Notes under the pieces: model-generated
The model's input: the letters and a program-made list of their open reading frames with translations, nothing else
Told to the model about the DNA's origin: nothing
Database searches by the model: none
Part shown: positions 46,901 to 56,410 of the stretch, piece by piece
How positions within the stretch are numbered: the stretch's first letter is position 1
Layout of the letters: every line of letters begins with the position of its first letter
Position numbers and translations under genes: made by a program
Assembly (NCBI GenBank): GCA_965652205.1
Contig: CBFGUI010000003.1
Span: forward strand, 12,589 to 76,588
Direction of reading: 5' to 3'
DNA from: an uncultured Flavobacteriaceae bacterium
Lineage (GTDB): Bacteria; Bacteroidota; Bacteroidia; Flavobacteriales; Flavobacteriaceae
Length of the DNA stretch: 64,000 bases

Positions 46901-47361
46901 GCATGGTCCCCGTCGAGGGTGACATAGTTCTTGGTCCCGGAAAGTTTTCGGTCAAATTCCGTGGCATGCACCCTTAGGGTTTCGTTGGCCACAAAACGCT
47001 TGGCGGTTTCCTTGACCACGGCAAAGGCTTCGGGCAGGATGGCGTTCAGTGTCTTTTCGGTCACTTTATAGGCCTCTTCGCCGAGTTTGTCGATTTCCCC
47101 GTAGATTTCTTCGTTTCGATCGATGTCGGTGGATTGTTCGACCTCCTCCTTTAAGATGGCAATTTTTTCATTGATTTCCTTGCAATCCGCCGCGATTCGC
47201 TCCTTGAAGGCCACGGTCTTGGCACGTAATTGATCGTGGTCCAAACTTTCGAGTTGCGCCTCGAAGGACCTTATTTCATTTACCAAAGGCTGAAGGGATC
47301 TTACGTCTTTTTCAGATTTGTCCCCTACAAAAACCTTGAGTACGGAATTGATAAAGCTCAT
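43999..47361 (-). CDS. secA: Preprotein translocase subunit SecA
   Basis: EMQTGEGKT, VTVNDYLAKRD, DEVDS, GRRYSDGLHQAIEAKE, TNMAGRGTDI, GRSGRQGDPG. Confidence 0.98.
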   Translation of the reverse strand: MSFINSVLKVFVGDKSEKDVRSLQPLVNEIRSFEAQLESLDHDQLRAKTVAFKERIAADCKEINEKIAILKEEVEQSTDIDRNEEIYGEIDKLGEEAYKVTEKTLNAILPEAFAVVKETAKRFVANETLRVHATEFDRKLSGTKNYVTLDGDHAVWSNSWDAAGKEVTWDMVHYDVQLIGGIALHQGKIAEMQTGEGKTLVATLPLYLNALAGKGAHLVTVNDYLAKRDSSWMAPIFEFHGLSVDCIDHHRPNSDGRRAAYNADITYGTNNEFGFDYLRDNMAHTPDDLVQRPHHYAIVDEVDSVLVDDARTPLIISGPVPEGDRHEFNELSPKVADIVNKQRQHLTGVLAEAKKLIAAGDSKEGGFLLLRVHRGLPKNKALIKFLSEEGVKQLLQKTENFYMQDNNREMPKVDADLLFVIDEKNNQIELTDKGVDYISGDEDRDFFVMPDIGSEIAKIEQQGLDIEKEAQLKEELFKDFSVKSERIHTMTQLLKAYTLFEKDVEYVVIDNKVMIVDEQTGRIMDGRRYSDGLHQAIEAKERVKIEAMTQTFATITLQNYFRMYKKLAGMTGTAITEAGEFWEIYKLDVMEIPTNRPIARDDRNDLIYKTKREKYNAIIEEVTKLSQAGRPVLIGTTSVEISELLSKLLSVRKVPHNVLNAKLHKKEADIVAEAGKSGIVTIATNMAGRGTDIKLSPEVKEAGGLAIIGTERHDSRRVDRQLRGRSGRQGDPGSSQFYVSLEDNLMRLFGSDRVAKMMDRMGLEDGEVIQHSMMTRSIERAQKKVEENNFGIRKRLLEYDDVMNAQREVVYKRRRHALQGERLKVDIANMIYDTSELLVETNKLADDYKNFEFELIKFFSITAPVTEDEFKRMGVQELANLVYKAAYEFYLDKMERSAAMAFQVIKRVHEDQSNSFERIVVPFTDGIKTLNVVTNLEKAYRSEGKQLITDFEKNISLAIIDDSWKTHLRKMDELKQSVQLAVHEQKDPLLIYKFEAFELFKEMIDKVNKEVISFLFKGELPSQNSNEIQEARTVSRPKEKLQTSKEEIPNSDELSARSRAAGQTQGQRQQLTETVVREKPKIGRNDRVTIKNIMSGESKSVKYKQAEPLIEKGEWVLVED

Positions 47362-47446
47362 GAATTGTATTTATGTTAGACGGGCAAAAGTTGTTCCAGA
47401 GCCGGGATTGGTCCAAAATTCTCTTGCTGGGCTGTCAAAATTACAT

Positions 47447-47473
47447 AAAAAAAAGCCTCTTATGAGACTTTTT
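47447..47473 (-). terminator. Intrinsic terminator after the DUF2795 gene
   Basis: Minus strand AAAAGTCTC-ATAA-GAGGCTTTTTTTT. Confidence 0.7.
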
Positions 47474-47495
47474 AACGTGCTTTCTGATCAGAGAA

Positions 47496-47720
47496 TCAAT
47501 ATTCATCCTCATTCCAGAGGTAGTCCTCCTCGGTGGGATAGTCGGGCCAGATTTCTTCGATGGACTCGTATATCTCGCCACCCTCTTCTTCCATGGACTG
47601 CAAGTTTTCCACAACTTCCAAGGGAGCTCCGGTACGGATTGCATAATCGATAAGTTCATCCTTGGTGGCCGGCCAAGGTGCGTCGCTCAAATAAGAGGCT
47701 AGTTCCAGTGTCCAGTACAT
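47496..47720 (-). CDS. DUF2795-domain protein
   Basis: MYWTLELASYLSDAPWPATKDELIDYAIRTGAP signature; acidic tail. Confidence 0.9.
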   Translation of the reverse strand: MYWTLELASYLSDAPWPATKDELIDYAIRTGAPLEVVENLQSMEEEGGEIYESIEEIWPDYPTEEDYLWNEDEY

Positions 47721-47843
47721 AGTAACGATTTGATTTTAAATTTTTTGCAAAAGTAATTTTTAAACCCAATCAATCAAGTAAAAACTCCATTATTTAAAAA
47801 TTATTTTCTTTTCGGCAAAATCCATGCCCCAAAAGAAACAATT

Positions 47844-48404
47844 TCAAGGTTCCAACTTCTGTGGAATCCACTTGACTTCCTGGATTTTCAAATCCTTTGA
47901 CAACTTCCGTGCCAAGACGAACAAATAATCGGAAAGACGGTTGATATAGGAAAGAACCTCCTCGGGAACGGCATCATTCTCATTTAAAAGGGAGATGGCC
48001 CGCTCCGCCCTTCGACAAACGGTCCTGGCGATATGACAGTTTGACACAGTGGGATGCCCCCCCGGCATGATGAAATGTGTCATTTCAGGCAATTCCGCAT
48101 TGATTCGGTCCATTTCCCGCTCCAGGAGTTCGATGTCCCCTGCCAGTATTCTTGGAATTTTGAGTCTTTGGTCCTTTTCCGGTTCGGTGGCCAGAATGGA
48201 GCCCATCGTGAACAGTTTTAACTGGATCAGGGCCAACATTTCCTTGGAATGTGAATCAATGGGTTGATCGCGCAACAATCCCAAATGCGCATTGAGCTCA
48301 TCCACTGTGCCATAGCTATCGATACGGATGTGGTGTTTGGGCACCCTTTTGCCCGTAAAGAGGGAGGTCGTGCCCTTATCCCCGGTCTTGGTGTATATTT
48401 TCAT
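47844..48404 (-). CDS. Cob(I)yrinic acid a,c-diamide adenosyltransferase (PduO type)
   Basis: MKIYTKTGDKGTT, YGTVDELN, CRRAER and NRLSDYLF motifs. Confidence 0.95.
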   Translation of the reverse strand: MKIYTKTGDKGTTSLFTGKRVPKHHIRIDSYGTVDELNAHLGLLRDQPIDSHSKEMLALIQLKLFTMGSILATEPEKDQRLKIPRILAGDIELLEREMDRINAELPEMTHFIMPGGHPTVSNCHIARTVCRRAERAISLLNENDAVPEEVLSYINRLSDYLFVLARKLSKDLKIQEVKWIPQKLEP

Positions 48405-48449
48405 GTGGTATGCTTCTTTAATTGGTAGGTGGTCCCCAGTGCCCGGGAA

Positions 48450-48605
48450 TCATTCGCGGGAGCTGTGCTTGCGCTTGCCCTCCATAAAACTTCTGGATTT
48501 CCGGCGTTTGGACCTGCTTCTGTTCCTGTAGATAATGATCAGGTAGACCACGGCCAACACGCCGAGGACATACCAAATGATGTTGCCTGTCATACTATTT
48601 TCCAT
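48450..48605 (-). CDS. 51-aa single-pass membrane protein with basic tail (below ORF-track cutoff)
   Basis: Manual translation MENSMTGNIIWYVLGVLAVVYLIIIYRNRSRSKRRKSRSFMEGKRKHSSRE*; fills the gap in a same-strand gene run. Confidence 0.7.
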   Translation of the reverse strand: MENSMTGNIIWYVLGVLAVVYLIIIYRNRSRSKRRKSRSFMEGKRKHSSRE

Positions 48606-48621
48606 ACTTAAAAATAAGGCA

Positions 48622-49122
48622 TTAAATCCGAACTTTAAAATGTTCCTTTTGCTGTTCCCTTCTGATAAATAGGATTCCGCAGTGGTATAGGTCCATGCTG
48701 ACGCTGATTTGGGGCAGGGCGATCAGGGAGTTCCACAACTGTAGCTTTTGCGGGTTCGACCGGATGCCATCGATCAGGATCATGCTGTCATTGTGCAGCC
48801 TCCCCTTGGACAACAGGGTGTTGAATTCCGAAACATCCAACCGCTCGAACAAGAGCAGATCCAAGGGATCCTTGTCAAATCGGATCGTGGAATCGACTTT
48901 CAGCATCCGCTGCCTTAGGGAAACCCGATTCCCGATGCGGATATTTTTGGCCTCGAAATATTTTTGGCACTTCAAAAGAACGTCCAAGGTCCTGTTGCGG
49001 TCCATTCTCGGTTTTCTGTACAGGCACCGGGTCACAAGCCCATAGACAAAGGGGGAATGCAACCCGTATTGGTTGGTGGATTCCAACAGAAATCGAATAT
49101 ATGCCGCAATTCCAAAAAGCAT
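48622..49122 (-). CDS. Shortened class I SAM-methyltransferase-like protein
   Basis: N-terminal STNQYGLHSPFVY and C-terminal LIDGI...W..L...SMDLYHCGILFIRREQQKEHF match Bacteroidota methyltransferases, but no GxG motif I is visible. Confidence 0.65.
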   Translation of the reverse strand: MLFGIAAYIRFLLESTNQYGLHSPFVYGLVTRCLYRKPRMDRNRTLDVLLKCQKYFEAKNIRIGNRVSLRQRMLKVDSTIRFDKDPLDLLLFERLDVSEFNTLLSKGRLHNDSMILIDGIRSNPQKLQLWNSLIALPQISVSMDLYHCGILFIRREQQKEHFKVRI

Positions 49123-49138
49123 GTTTCAACCAAATTGA

Positions 49139-51013
49139 TTACTCCTCCATCCGGGAGGAGAGTTCGAACCAACGTTCGGTCTTTTGATCGATGGCATCGG
49201 TGACCTCCCTGAGCTCCACCGATAAACTGTCGATCTCTTCCCCTTTGAGCCCGGGCTGCGCAAAGCTGTTCTGCAGCCCCAACTTCCTTTCCTCCAAATT
49301 CTGTATGTCCTTTTCCAACTGTTTGTATTCCCTTTGTTCCATATAGGACAACCCGATCCTTTCCCGATCCCTTCCCTTGGATTTTTCGGTCTTTTCCTGG
49401 GCAAGGTCCCTCTGCTCCCTTCTTTCGAGCTCCTGACTGCCGGCATATACCCGGTAATCCGTATAGTTTCCGGGAAAATCCTCTATGGTTCCGTCCCCTT
49501 GGAAAATGAAGAGATGGTCCACGATCTTGTCCATGAAATAGCGGTCGTGGGAGACCACGATCAGGCAGCCCGGAAAATCCAACAAAAACCCTTCCAAGAC
49601 GTTCAGGGTCACGATATCCAGGTCGTTGGTCGGTTCGTCCAGGATCAAGAAATTGGGATTTTGGATCAGCACGGTACAGAGGTAGAGGCGTTTTCGTTCC
49701 CCCCCACTGAGTTTTTCCACAAAGTCGTATTGTTTTTTCCGATCGAACAGAAAGCGTTCCAACAATTGCTGGGCGGAAATCTGCTTCCCTTTTTTCAAGG
49801 GGATATAATCCCCGAATTCCCGGATGACATCGATGACCTTCTGTCCTTCCTTGACGGCAATGCCCTTTTGGGTGTAGTAGCCAAACTTTACGGTGTCCCC
49901 CACAACGACCTTTCCGCTGTCCACGGCCTCCCTTTGGGTGATCAGGTCCAGGAAGGTCGATTTGCCCGTGCCGTTCTTTCCAATGATGCCCACGCGTTCC
50001 CCTTTTCCAAAGGTGTAATCGAATTTGTTGAGAATGGTCTTCTCCCCATAGGCCTTGGATATTTTGTGCAATTCCAGGATTTTGCTGCCCAGGCGTTCCA
50101 TATTGAGCTCGAGCTCGACCTGATGGTCTTTTTTTCGGGCCAGGGCCCTTTGTTTTATTTCCTTGAAATCATCGATCCGGGATTTTGATTTTGTGGTCCT
50201 TGCCTTGGGCTGCCTGCGGATCCAATCCAGTTCCTTTTTGTACAGCAGTTTTGATTTGTGCTGTTCCACCGTCTCCCGTTCCATACGGGCCTCCTTCTCG
50301 TTCAGATAATAGGAGTAATTGCCCTTGTAGGTATAGAGCTGGTTGTTGTCCAGTTCGATGATCTCATTACAGATCCGATCCAGAAAGTAGCGGTCGTGGG
50401 TGACCATGAACAGGGAAATGCTCTCCTTGCTGAAATAGGCCTCCAGCCACTCGATCATTTCCAGGTCCAGATGGTTGGTGGGCTCATCCATGATCAATAG
50501 GTCGGGCTTGCCCAGCAGGGCATTGGCCAGGGCCAGGCGCTTTCGTTGCCCCCCGGAAAGGGTGGAGACCTTCGCGTCGAGGTCCGTGAGCTGCAATTTG
50601 AACAGGATCTGTTTGTACTGGGTCTCAAAATCCCAGGCATTGTGCCGTTCCATGGCCTCAAAAGCCCTTTGGTAGGCCGCTTCGTCCCCGGGGTTTTCCA
50701 CTGCTTTTTCATAGGCGGCTATGATCTTGAGAATCTCGTTGTCCGTGGACAATATGGTCTGTTCCACGCTCAAGCCTGGATCCAAGGGAGGGTCCTGTTC
50801 CAAAAAGGAAAGCTTGATGTCCTTTCTCATGGTGACCTGCCCCGTTTCACCGCTGTCCTTGCCGGCCATGATGTTCAGGATCGAGGTCTTTCCGCTGCCG
50901 TTCTTCGCGATCAGGGCAATTTTTTGATCTTTGTTGATCCCAAAGGAAATTCCGGAGAAAAGCAGCAGTTCCCCATAGGATTTCGATATGTTTTCGACGT
51001 TCAGTAAATTCAT
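49139..51013 (-). CDS. ABC-F family ATP-binding protein (Uup-like)
   Basis: Two ABC cassettes (LSGGQRKR, DEPTNHLD; GKNGTGKST, LSGGERKR, DEPTNDLD), no TM segments, C-terminal coiled coil. Confidence 0.95.
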   Translation of the reverse strand: MNLLNVENISKSYGELLLFSGISFGINKDQKIALIAKNGSGKTSILNIMAGKDSGETGQVTMRKDIKLSFLEQDPPLDPGLSVEQTILSTDNEILKIIAAYEKAVENPGDEAAYQRAFEAMERHNAWDFETQYKQILFKLQLTDLDAKVSTLSGGQRKRLALANALLGKPDLLIMDEPTNHLDLEMIEWLEAYFSKESISLFMVTHDRYFLDRICNEIIELDNNQLYTYKGNYSYYLNEKEARMERETVEQHKSKLLYKKELDWIRRQPKARTTKSKSRIDDFKEIKQRALARKKDHQVELELNMERLGSKILELHKISKAYGEKTILNKFDYTFGKGERVGIIGKNGTGKSTFLDLITQREAVDSGKVVVGDTVKFGYYTQKGIAVKEGQKVIDVIREFGDYIPLKKGKQISAQQLLERFLFDRKKQYDFVEKLSGGERKRLYLCTVLIQNPNFLILDEPTNDLDIVTLNVLEGFLLDFPGCLIVVSHDRYFMDKIVDHLFIFQGDGTIEDFPGNYTDYRVYAGSQELERREQRDLAQEKTEKSKGRDRERIGLSYMEQREYKQLEKDIQNLEERKLGLQNSFAQPGLKGEEIDSLSVELREVTDAIDQKTERWFELSSRMEE

Positions 51014-51232
51014 GGAAATGGATGAAATATTTTGAAATGTGCAATTTCCGGTCCCTGTCCCTTTTTCATGCCGTGATCCCTATTCTTCCTTCCCCTTTTC
51101 AAAGCAACAAAATACCGGGCTGCTAAAATAGCCTTTATGCGTCGATTATCCCGTATTTGGACCCTGGGGCATTTACTGCAATGGCCCGGGCCAATGGAAG
51201 GTCGCTTCCGGTATTCCAATACATCAATGGCA

Positions 51233-52417
51233 TCACAAACCGGAATACCTGATCATATAGGCGTAGCGGATCGCCAGGGCCGCGATCAGGGGAATGAATA
51301 CAGGGGAAAACTCCTGGATCCCGAACATCCAAAACACCAGGCCCAGGCCGATGAGGCCCAAGGCGGCCCACAGGTATTTCGCGGACCAAGGGGGCAGTCG
51401 GTCCCCAAAGGCAAAGACGAAGGCAAAGATCGCATTCAGGGGGAAGGCCCATAGTACGTTGAAGTTCATGGGTGTCGAAGTGTGTTGGGTCCCAAACCAG
51501 AGGACCAATAAAAAGCAGCCGACAAAACCCGTGATCGACATCAACCCAAAATCCAACCAGCGGCTTCGGGTCTTATGGGTGTGGTCGAAATAGGTGATGG
51601 CCAGGGTAAAGGCCAGGAGTATCAAGAACCAGAACAAGGGGGAAAGGGGAAAAAAACCCTGCTGCACGGGCTGGCCGTAATCCAGGATGGTGCGCTCCCT
51701 CTTGACCAGGGGACGGTCGTGAAACCTGGTGTTGCGAAGTTGTTCCATGGCGTAGGTGGGAAGGAACATATGCTCCTGTACCGTGGCCTTTCGGTCCACC
51801 ACCGATCCAAAAGCCAGGTCAATGCCCAGCATGGCCCAGGAATTGGTCTTGAGAAACTGCCTGACCAATTGCCTAAAGGTGTAGCGCCTTTCCAAGTGGG
51901 AACCGTCAAAGACTATGGCATCCCCGAACTGCTGTTTCAAGATCACCCCGCTGATGCTGGAACAATTGTTCAATAGGGGGTCGTAGAGGTAATCCCTGTT
52001 TTGGGGAAGGTGGTTGTATTCAAAAAAGGCGAGCAATTGGTTGCGCTCCTTTAGGTCCAGGTCCAAGATTTGTTCCTTTACCCAGCGTTTTTCCAATTCG
52101 TATTCGAACAGAAAATCGTCAAAGCTCCTCCTGGAGAGGGAGTAGATCATCTTGCCCTTGACGAAGTTCAGGTAGAAGTTGGGCCTGTTAAAATCAAAGG
52201 TTCCGTAATTATAGACCTGGTCCAGGCCAAGTCCGGGATCCTGTACCCTGAAGGCCGTATGGCCAAATGCGGAATAGAGTTCCTCCCCAGGGGCGCAGGT
52301 CAACATGCTGATCTTTGATTTTTCGGTCAGGGGTATGCCTTGGGAAAAGAGGGCATTTCCCAAAAGAAGGGAAAATAGGACTGTAAAAAGGGTTTTTGGT
52401 CTTTGGCTGAAATTCAT
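51233..52417 (-). CDS. DUF4105 / Lnb-like lipoprotein N-acyltransferase
   Basis: GEELYSAFGHTAFRV, YNYGTFDF, YDPLLNNCSS (His...Cys) and C-terminal TM helices. Start placed at ATG 52417. Confidence 0.8.
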   Translation of the reverse strand: MNFSQRPKTLFTVLFSLLLGNALFSQGIPLTEKSKISMLTCAPGEELYSAFGHTAFRVQDPGLGLDQVYNYGTFDFNRPNFYLNFVKGKMIYSLSRRSFDDFLFEYELEKRWVKEQILDLDLKERNQLLAFFEYNHLPQNRDYLYDPLLNNCSSISGVILKQQFGDAIVFDGSHLERRYTFRQLVRQFLKTNSWAMLGIDLAFGSVVDRKATVQEHMFLPTYAMEQLRNTRFHDRPLVKRERTILDYGQPVQQGFFPLSPLFWFLILLAFTLAITYFDHTHKTRSRWLDFGLMSITGFVGCFLLVLWFGTQHTSTPMNFNVLWAFPLNAIFAFVFAFGDRLPPWSAKYLWAALGLIGLGLVFWMFGIQEFSPVFIPLIAALAIRYAYMIRYSGL

Positions 52418-52497
52418 CAGCGCAAATATCACAATTATTACGGCACGGCCGAACTTCTGGGACAAACAGTTTGGATTTTAGGTTATTTTTACAAAAA

Positions 52498-53241
52498 ATG
52501 AGTCGGATGAGAACCTATATCCCCAACTTTTTTACCATGCTCAACCTAGGGAGCGGATGTGTGGCCACGGTATTTGCGGTACTGGGCAAATTGGAATGGG
52601 CGGCACTTTTTGTGTTCCTTGGGATATTCTTTGATTTTTTTGACGGCCTGGCCGCCCGGGCCCTCAAGGTCCAAAGCGAACTTGGGGTCCAATTGGATTC
52701 CCTGGCCGATATGGTCACCAGCGGGCTGGTCCCCGGCCTGGTGATGTTCCAATTGCTCAATATGGCGGGACGTGGCGGCTGGAACCTGGGCTTTTTGGGC
52801 CATGATATGGAAATGACCCTGCTGCCGTTTTTGGGTTTTGCCATTACCCTGGCCTCGGCCTATCGATTGGCCAAGTTCAATCTTGATGAAAACCAGACTT
52901 CCTCCTTTGTGGGGCTGCCCACCCCGGCCAATGCCCTGATGATACTTTCCCTGCCCCTGATCTTGTTGCACCACAACAACGATTGGCTCAATTCCTTGAT
53001 CCTGAATCCCTGGTTTTTGATCGGCCTGACCCTTTTGAGCAGTTATCTGTTGAACGCCCCGATCGCTCTTTTTGCACTGAAATTCAAGAATTTTGGGTTT
53101 GGGGACAATTGGCTGCGCTACCTTTTTCTTATTGGGAGCCTGATCATGTTGTTGACCTTGAAGTTTTTGGCCATTCCCCTGATCATTATTTTCTATATCC
53201 TGGCCTCCTTTTTGATGCCCAAGGAACCTTCTGTGGACTAA
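52498..53241 (+). CDS. CDP-alcohol phosphatidyltransferase (PssA-like)
   Basis: DFFDGLAAR...G..LDSLADMV motif, RLAKFN, GLPTP. Confidence 0.93.
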   Translation: MSRMRTYIPNFFTMLNLGSGCVATVFAVLGKLEWAALFVFLGIFFDFFDGLAARALKVQSELGVQLDSLADMVTSGLVPGLVMFQLLNMAGRGGWNLGFLGHDMEMTLLPFLGFAITLASAYRLAKFNLDENQTSSFVGLPTPANALMILSLPLILLHHNNDWLNSLILNPWFLIGLTLLSSYLLNAPIALFALKFKNFGFGDNWLRYLFLIGSLIMLLTLKFLAIPLIIIFYILASFLMPKEPSVD

Positions 53242-53978
53242 AAATCCAATTTTTTCTCCCGGAGCTGGAAGTTCTGCCCCAAATAGACCTTTCGCACCAT
53301 TTCGTCCATGGCCAGTTCCTCGGGGACGCCGGCCTTTAGGATGCCCCCCTCGAACATGAGGTAAGATCGTTCGGTGATCGCAAGGGTCTCCTGCACATTG
53401 TGGTCCGTGATCAGGATGCCGATGTTTTTGTCCTTGAGCTGGGCCACGATCCTCTGTATGTCCTCGACGGCCACTGGATCCACTCCCGCAAAGGGTTCGT
53501 CCAATAGGATGAACTTGGGGTCGGTGGCCAGGGCACGGGCAATTTCGGTACGCCGTCGCTCGCCCCCGGAAAGGAGGTCGCCCCGGTTTTTGCGGATATG
53601 ACCCAGGCCGAACTCGTCGATCAGAGACTCCATTTTCATATGCTGTTCCTTCTTGCTGAGCTTGGTGAGCTGTAGGACGCTCAGGATGTTCTTTTCAATG
53701 CTGAGTTTCCGGAACACAGAGGCCTCTTGTGCCAGATAGCCAATGCCGTGTTGTGCCCGTTTGTACATCGGAAATCCGGTGATGTCGGTCTTGTCCAAAT
53801 AGATGGAACCCCCGTTGGGCTTGATAAGACCCACAATCATGTAGAAGGAGGTCGTTTTTCCGGCCCCGTTGGGTCCCAAAAGCCCCACGATTTCCCCTTG
53901 GTTGACTTCCAGGGAGATTCCCTTGACCACCTTTCGGCCCCTATAGGCCTTCATGATATTTTCTGCGCGTAGCTTCAT
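53238..53978 (-). CDS. lptB: LPS export ABC transporter ATPase
   Basis: [54 protein letters not shown]. Confidence 0.96.
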   Translation of the reverse strand: MKLRAENIMKAYRGRKVVKGISLEVNQGEIVGLLGPNGAGKTTSFYMIVGLIKPNGGSIYLDKTDITGFPMYKRAQHGIGYLAQEASVFRKLSIEKNILSVLQLTKLSKKEQHMKMESLIDEFGLGHIRKNRGDLLSGGERRRTEIARALATDPKFILLDEPFAGVDPVAVEDIQRIVAQLKDKNIGILITDHNVQETLAITERSYLMFEGGILKAGVPEELAMDEMVRKVYLGQNFQLREKKLDF

Positions 53979-54035
53979 AGGATTCGGCCAAAACTAAACA
54001 TAATCTTTCTCCAATGGGCCCAATTTTGGATTTTT

Positions 54036-54386
54036 TTAGGCTTCCCCTTCCTCCAGGGCTTCCCAGAATTCATAGGCCCGACGCAGGTGGGGCACCACTA
54101 TGGTTCCCCCCACCAAGGTGGCGATGCCCAGGGTCTCCATGACCTCCTCCTTGTTGGCGCCGGCCTTTTTCGAGGCCTCCAAATGGTACTTTACACAATC
54201 GTCGCAGCGCAGAACGGCGGAGGCGACCAGACCCAACAGTTCCTTGGTCTTTACATCCAGGGCCCCGGCCATATAGGCATTGGTATCCAGATTGAAGATT
54301 CGCTTAATGAGCTTGTTGTCCCCCTCCAGGAGCTTTTCGTTCATCTTGGAACGATAGGCATTGAACTCCTCCACTTTATTTGCCAT
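54036..54386 (-). CDS. Carboxymuconolactone decarboxylase/AhpD family protein
   Basis: KTKELLGL...RCDDCVKYH CxxC motif. Start placed at ATG 54386, overlapping the tatC stop. Confidence 0.9.
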   Translation of the reverse strand: MANKVEEFNAYRSKMNEKLLEGDNKLIKRIFNLDTNAYMAGALDVKTKELLGLVASAVLRCDDCVKYHLEASKKAGANKEEVMETLGIATLVGGTIVVPHLRRAYEFWEALEEGEA

Positions 54387-55254
54387 TGTTGACCGGTTTG
54401 TTGTTTTTGGCCTCTCTCTCCTTTTGGGCCTCTTCCTCTTTTTTGGCATCCTGTCTGAGGACCCATCCGGAGATATAGATGCTCAATTGGTAGAGCAAAA
54501 GGATGGGAATGGCCACCACGGTCTGGCTTGCCACATCCGGGGGGGTGATGATGGCCGATAGGATAAGGACCAGCACCAAGGCCATCTTTCTGTATTTCTT
54601 GAGGAATTCCGGGGTCACCAATCCGACCTTGGTCAGGAAATAAATAATGATGGGAAGTTCGAACATGATCCCACAGGCGATCACCGAAGCCCGTACCGTG
54701 GAGACGTAGGAGGCCAGGTCGATTTCATTGAGGACTTCGCTGCTCACCTGGTAGGTACCCAAGAAATTGATGGACAGGGGAGCGACCACATAATAGCCGA
54801 AGACCACCCCGATGAAGAACAGGAAGGAGGCCGTTAGGATGAACCCCCTGGAATGTTTGCGTTCATTCTCGTAGAGCCCCGGACTGATGAACCGCCAAAG
54901 TTCGTACAGGATGTATGGAAACCCCAAAATGATACCGGCCCAGATGGAAGTCCAGATATGGGCCGAAAATTGTCCGGCCATCAACCGGCTCTGAATGGTA
55001 AAGGGCAGGGACCCCCCGCAGAAATCGGAGTCGATCCCAAAGAAAGTGGCAAGCTTGCAAAAGAACCTATAGGTGGGGAATTCCATGTTCTTCGGTCCGA
55101 AGATGATGACATCGAAAATAAAGCCCTTGAAGGCAAAGGCCACACAGGCGATGATCACCACGGCCAAGGTGGAACGGATTAGATGCCACCGAAGTTCCTC
55201 CAAATGGTCCAGAAAGGACATTTCATCCGGGTTTTTCTTTGCTTTCTTTACCAT
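54376..55254 (-). CDS. tatC: Twin-arginine translocase subunit TatC
   Basis: EMSFLDHLEELR, FISPGLY.NE, FELP, IITPPD motifs. Confidence 0.96.
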   Translation of the reverse strand: MVKKAKKNPDEMSFLDHLEELRWHLIRSTLAVVIIACVAFAFKGFIFDVIIFGPKNMEFPTYRFFCKLATFFGIDSDFCGGSLPFTIQSRLMAGQFSAHIWTSIWAGIILGFPYILYELWRFISPGLYENERKHSRGFILTASFLFFIGVVFGYYVVAPLSINFLGTYQVSSEVLNEIDLASYVSTVRASVIACGIMFELPIIIYFLTKVGLVTPEFLKKYRKMALVLVLILSAIITPPDVASQTVVAIPILLLYQLSIYISGWVLRQDAKKEEEAQKEREAKNNKPVNNGK

Positions 55255-56219
55255 TATAGGATTCCCTCGTTTATCAGGTTATGGAGATGGACGACCCCGG
55301 CATAGGTGTCGCCGTCAAAGGCCAACAATTGTGAGATGTTCTTTTCCTGCAACAGTTTAAGGGCATTGACGGCCAAGGTGTCCACCGCAACGGATTTTGG
55401 ATTGGAGGTCATGATGTCCTTGGCGGTGAGGCCGCTGATGTTGTCGTATTTGTTGAGCATCCTCCGGATGTCCCCGTCGGTGACGATGCCGACCACCTTT
55501 CCCCGATCGCTCACGGCGGTCACCCCGAGCATTTTCTCGGAAATTTCGATGATCACTTCCTTGACGCTTGAATTTATGTCGACCTCGGGCTTGCTGTTGC
55601 CGCTGACGATGTCCGCGACCCTGAGGTAGAGTTTCTTGCCCAGGGAGCCCCCTGGGTGGTATTTTGCAAAGTCGGAACTGCTGAAGCCCCGGAGTTCCAA
55701 CAGGCAGATGGCCAGGGCATCCCCGATGGCCATTTGGGCCGTGGTACTGGTGGTGGGGGCCAGATCGTTTGGACAGGCCTCCTTGTCCACATGGGCGCCC
55801 AGCACAAAATCGGCCTGTTTGGCAAGGATGGATTCCATATTGCCGGTGATTCCGATCAATTTGTTGCCCCCGGATTTGATCAGCGGCAACAAAGCCTTTA
55901 TTTCAGGGGTGTTCCCGCTCTTGGACAGGCAGATCACCACATCGTCCTGTTGGATGGTGCCAAGGTCCCCGTGAATGGCGTCCGCGGCATGCATAAAGAT
56001 GGAGGGGGTGCCCGTGGAGTTCAGGGTGGCCACTATTTTTGAGGCGACAATGGCACTTTTTCCAACACCTGAAACCACAACTCTTCCCTTGGAATCCAGG
56101 ATGTATTGCACGGCCAAGGCGAATTGGCCGTCCAACTGATCGATCAGGCCCCCAATGGCCCTGCTCTCCAGTTCGAGGGTTCTCTTTGCTATGGACAAAA
56201 TGGACTGGATGTCGTTCAA
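55254..56219 (-). CDS. kpsF: KpsF/GutQ family arabinose-5-phosphate isomerase (SIS + CBS)
   Basis: GVGKS, ADAIHGDLG, APTTST, YHPGGSLGK, two CBS domains. Start placed at TTG 56219. Confidence 0.9.
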   Translation of the reverse strand: MNDIQSILSIAKRTLELESRAIGGLIDQLDGQFALAVQYILDSKGRVVVSGVGKSAIVASKIVATLNSTGTPSIFMHAADAIHGDLGTIQQDDVVICLSKSGNTPEIKALLPLIKSGGNKLIGITGNMESILAKQADFVLGAHVDKEACPNDLAPTTSTTAQMAIGDALAICLLELRGFSSSDFAKYHPGGSLGKKLYLRVADIVSGNSKPEVDINSSVKEVIIEISEKMLGVTAVSDRGKVVGIVTDGDIRRMLNKYDNISGLTAKDIMTSNPKSVAVDTLAVNALKLLQEKNISQLLAFDGDTYAGVVHLHNLINEGIL

Positions 56220-56410
56220 GCCAATTAATGAATTATGTGGTTGCAATCCTAAAAGAATGTCTTATCTTTAAGTTTACAAAACTAATCAAACTATCCTTTA
56301 TAGACCATAAGGGAATGTGGAATACTTCAAGCACTTGATAGTTGTAAATAAATAAAGTTTCGACGACCTCCCGGGTTGCCTGGCATTATATTAAATAGAA
56401 AAATGCGGAA

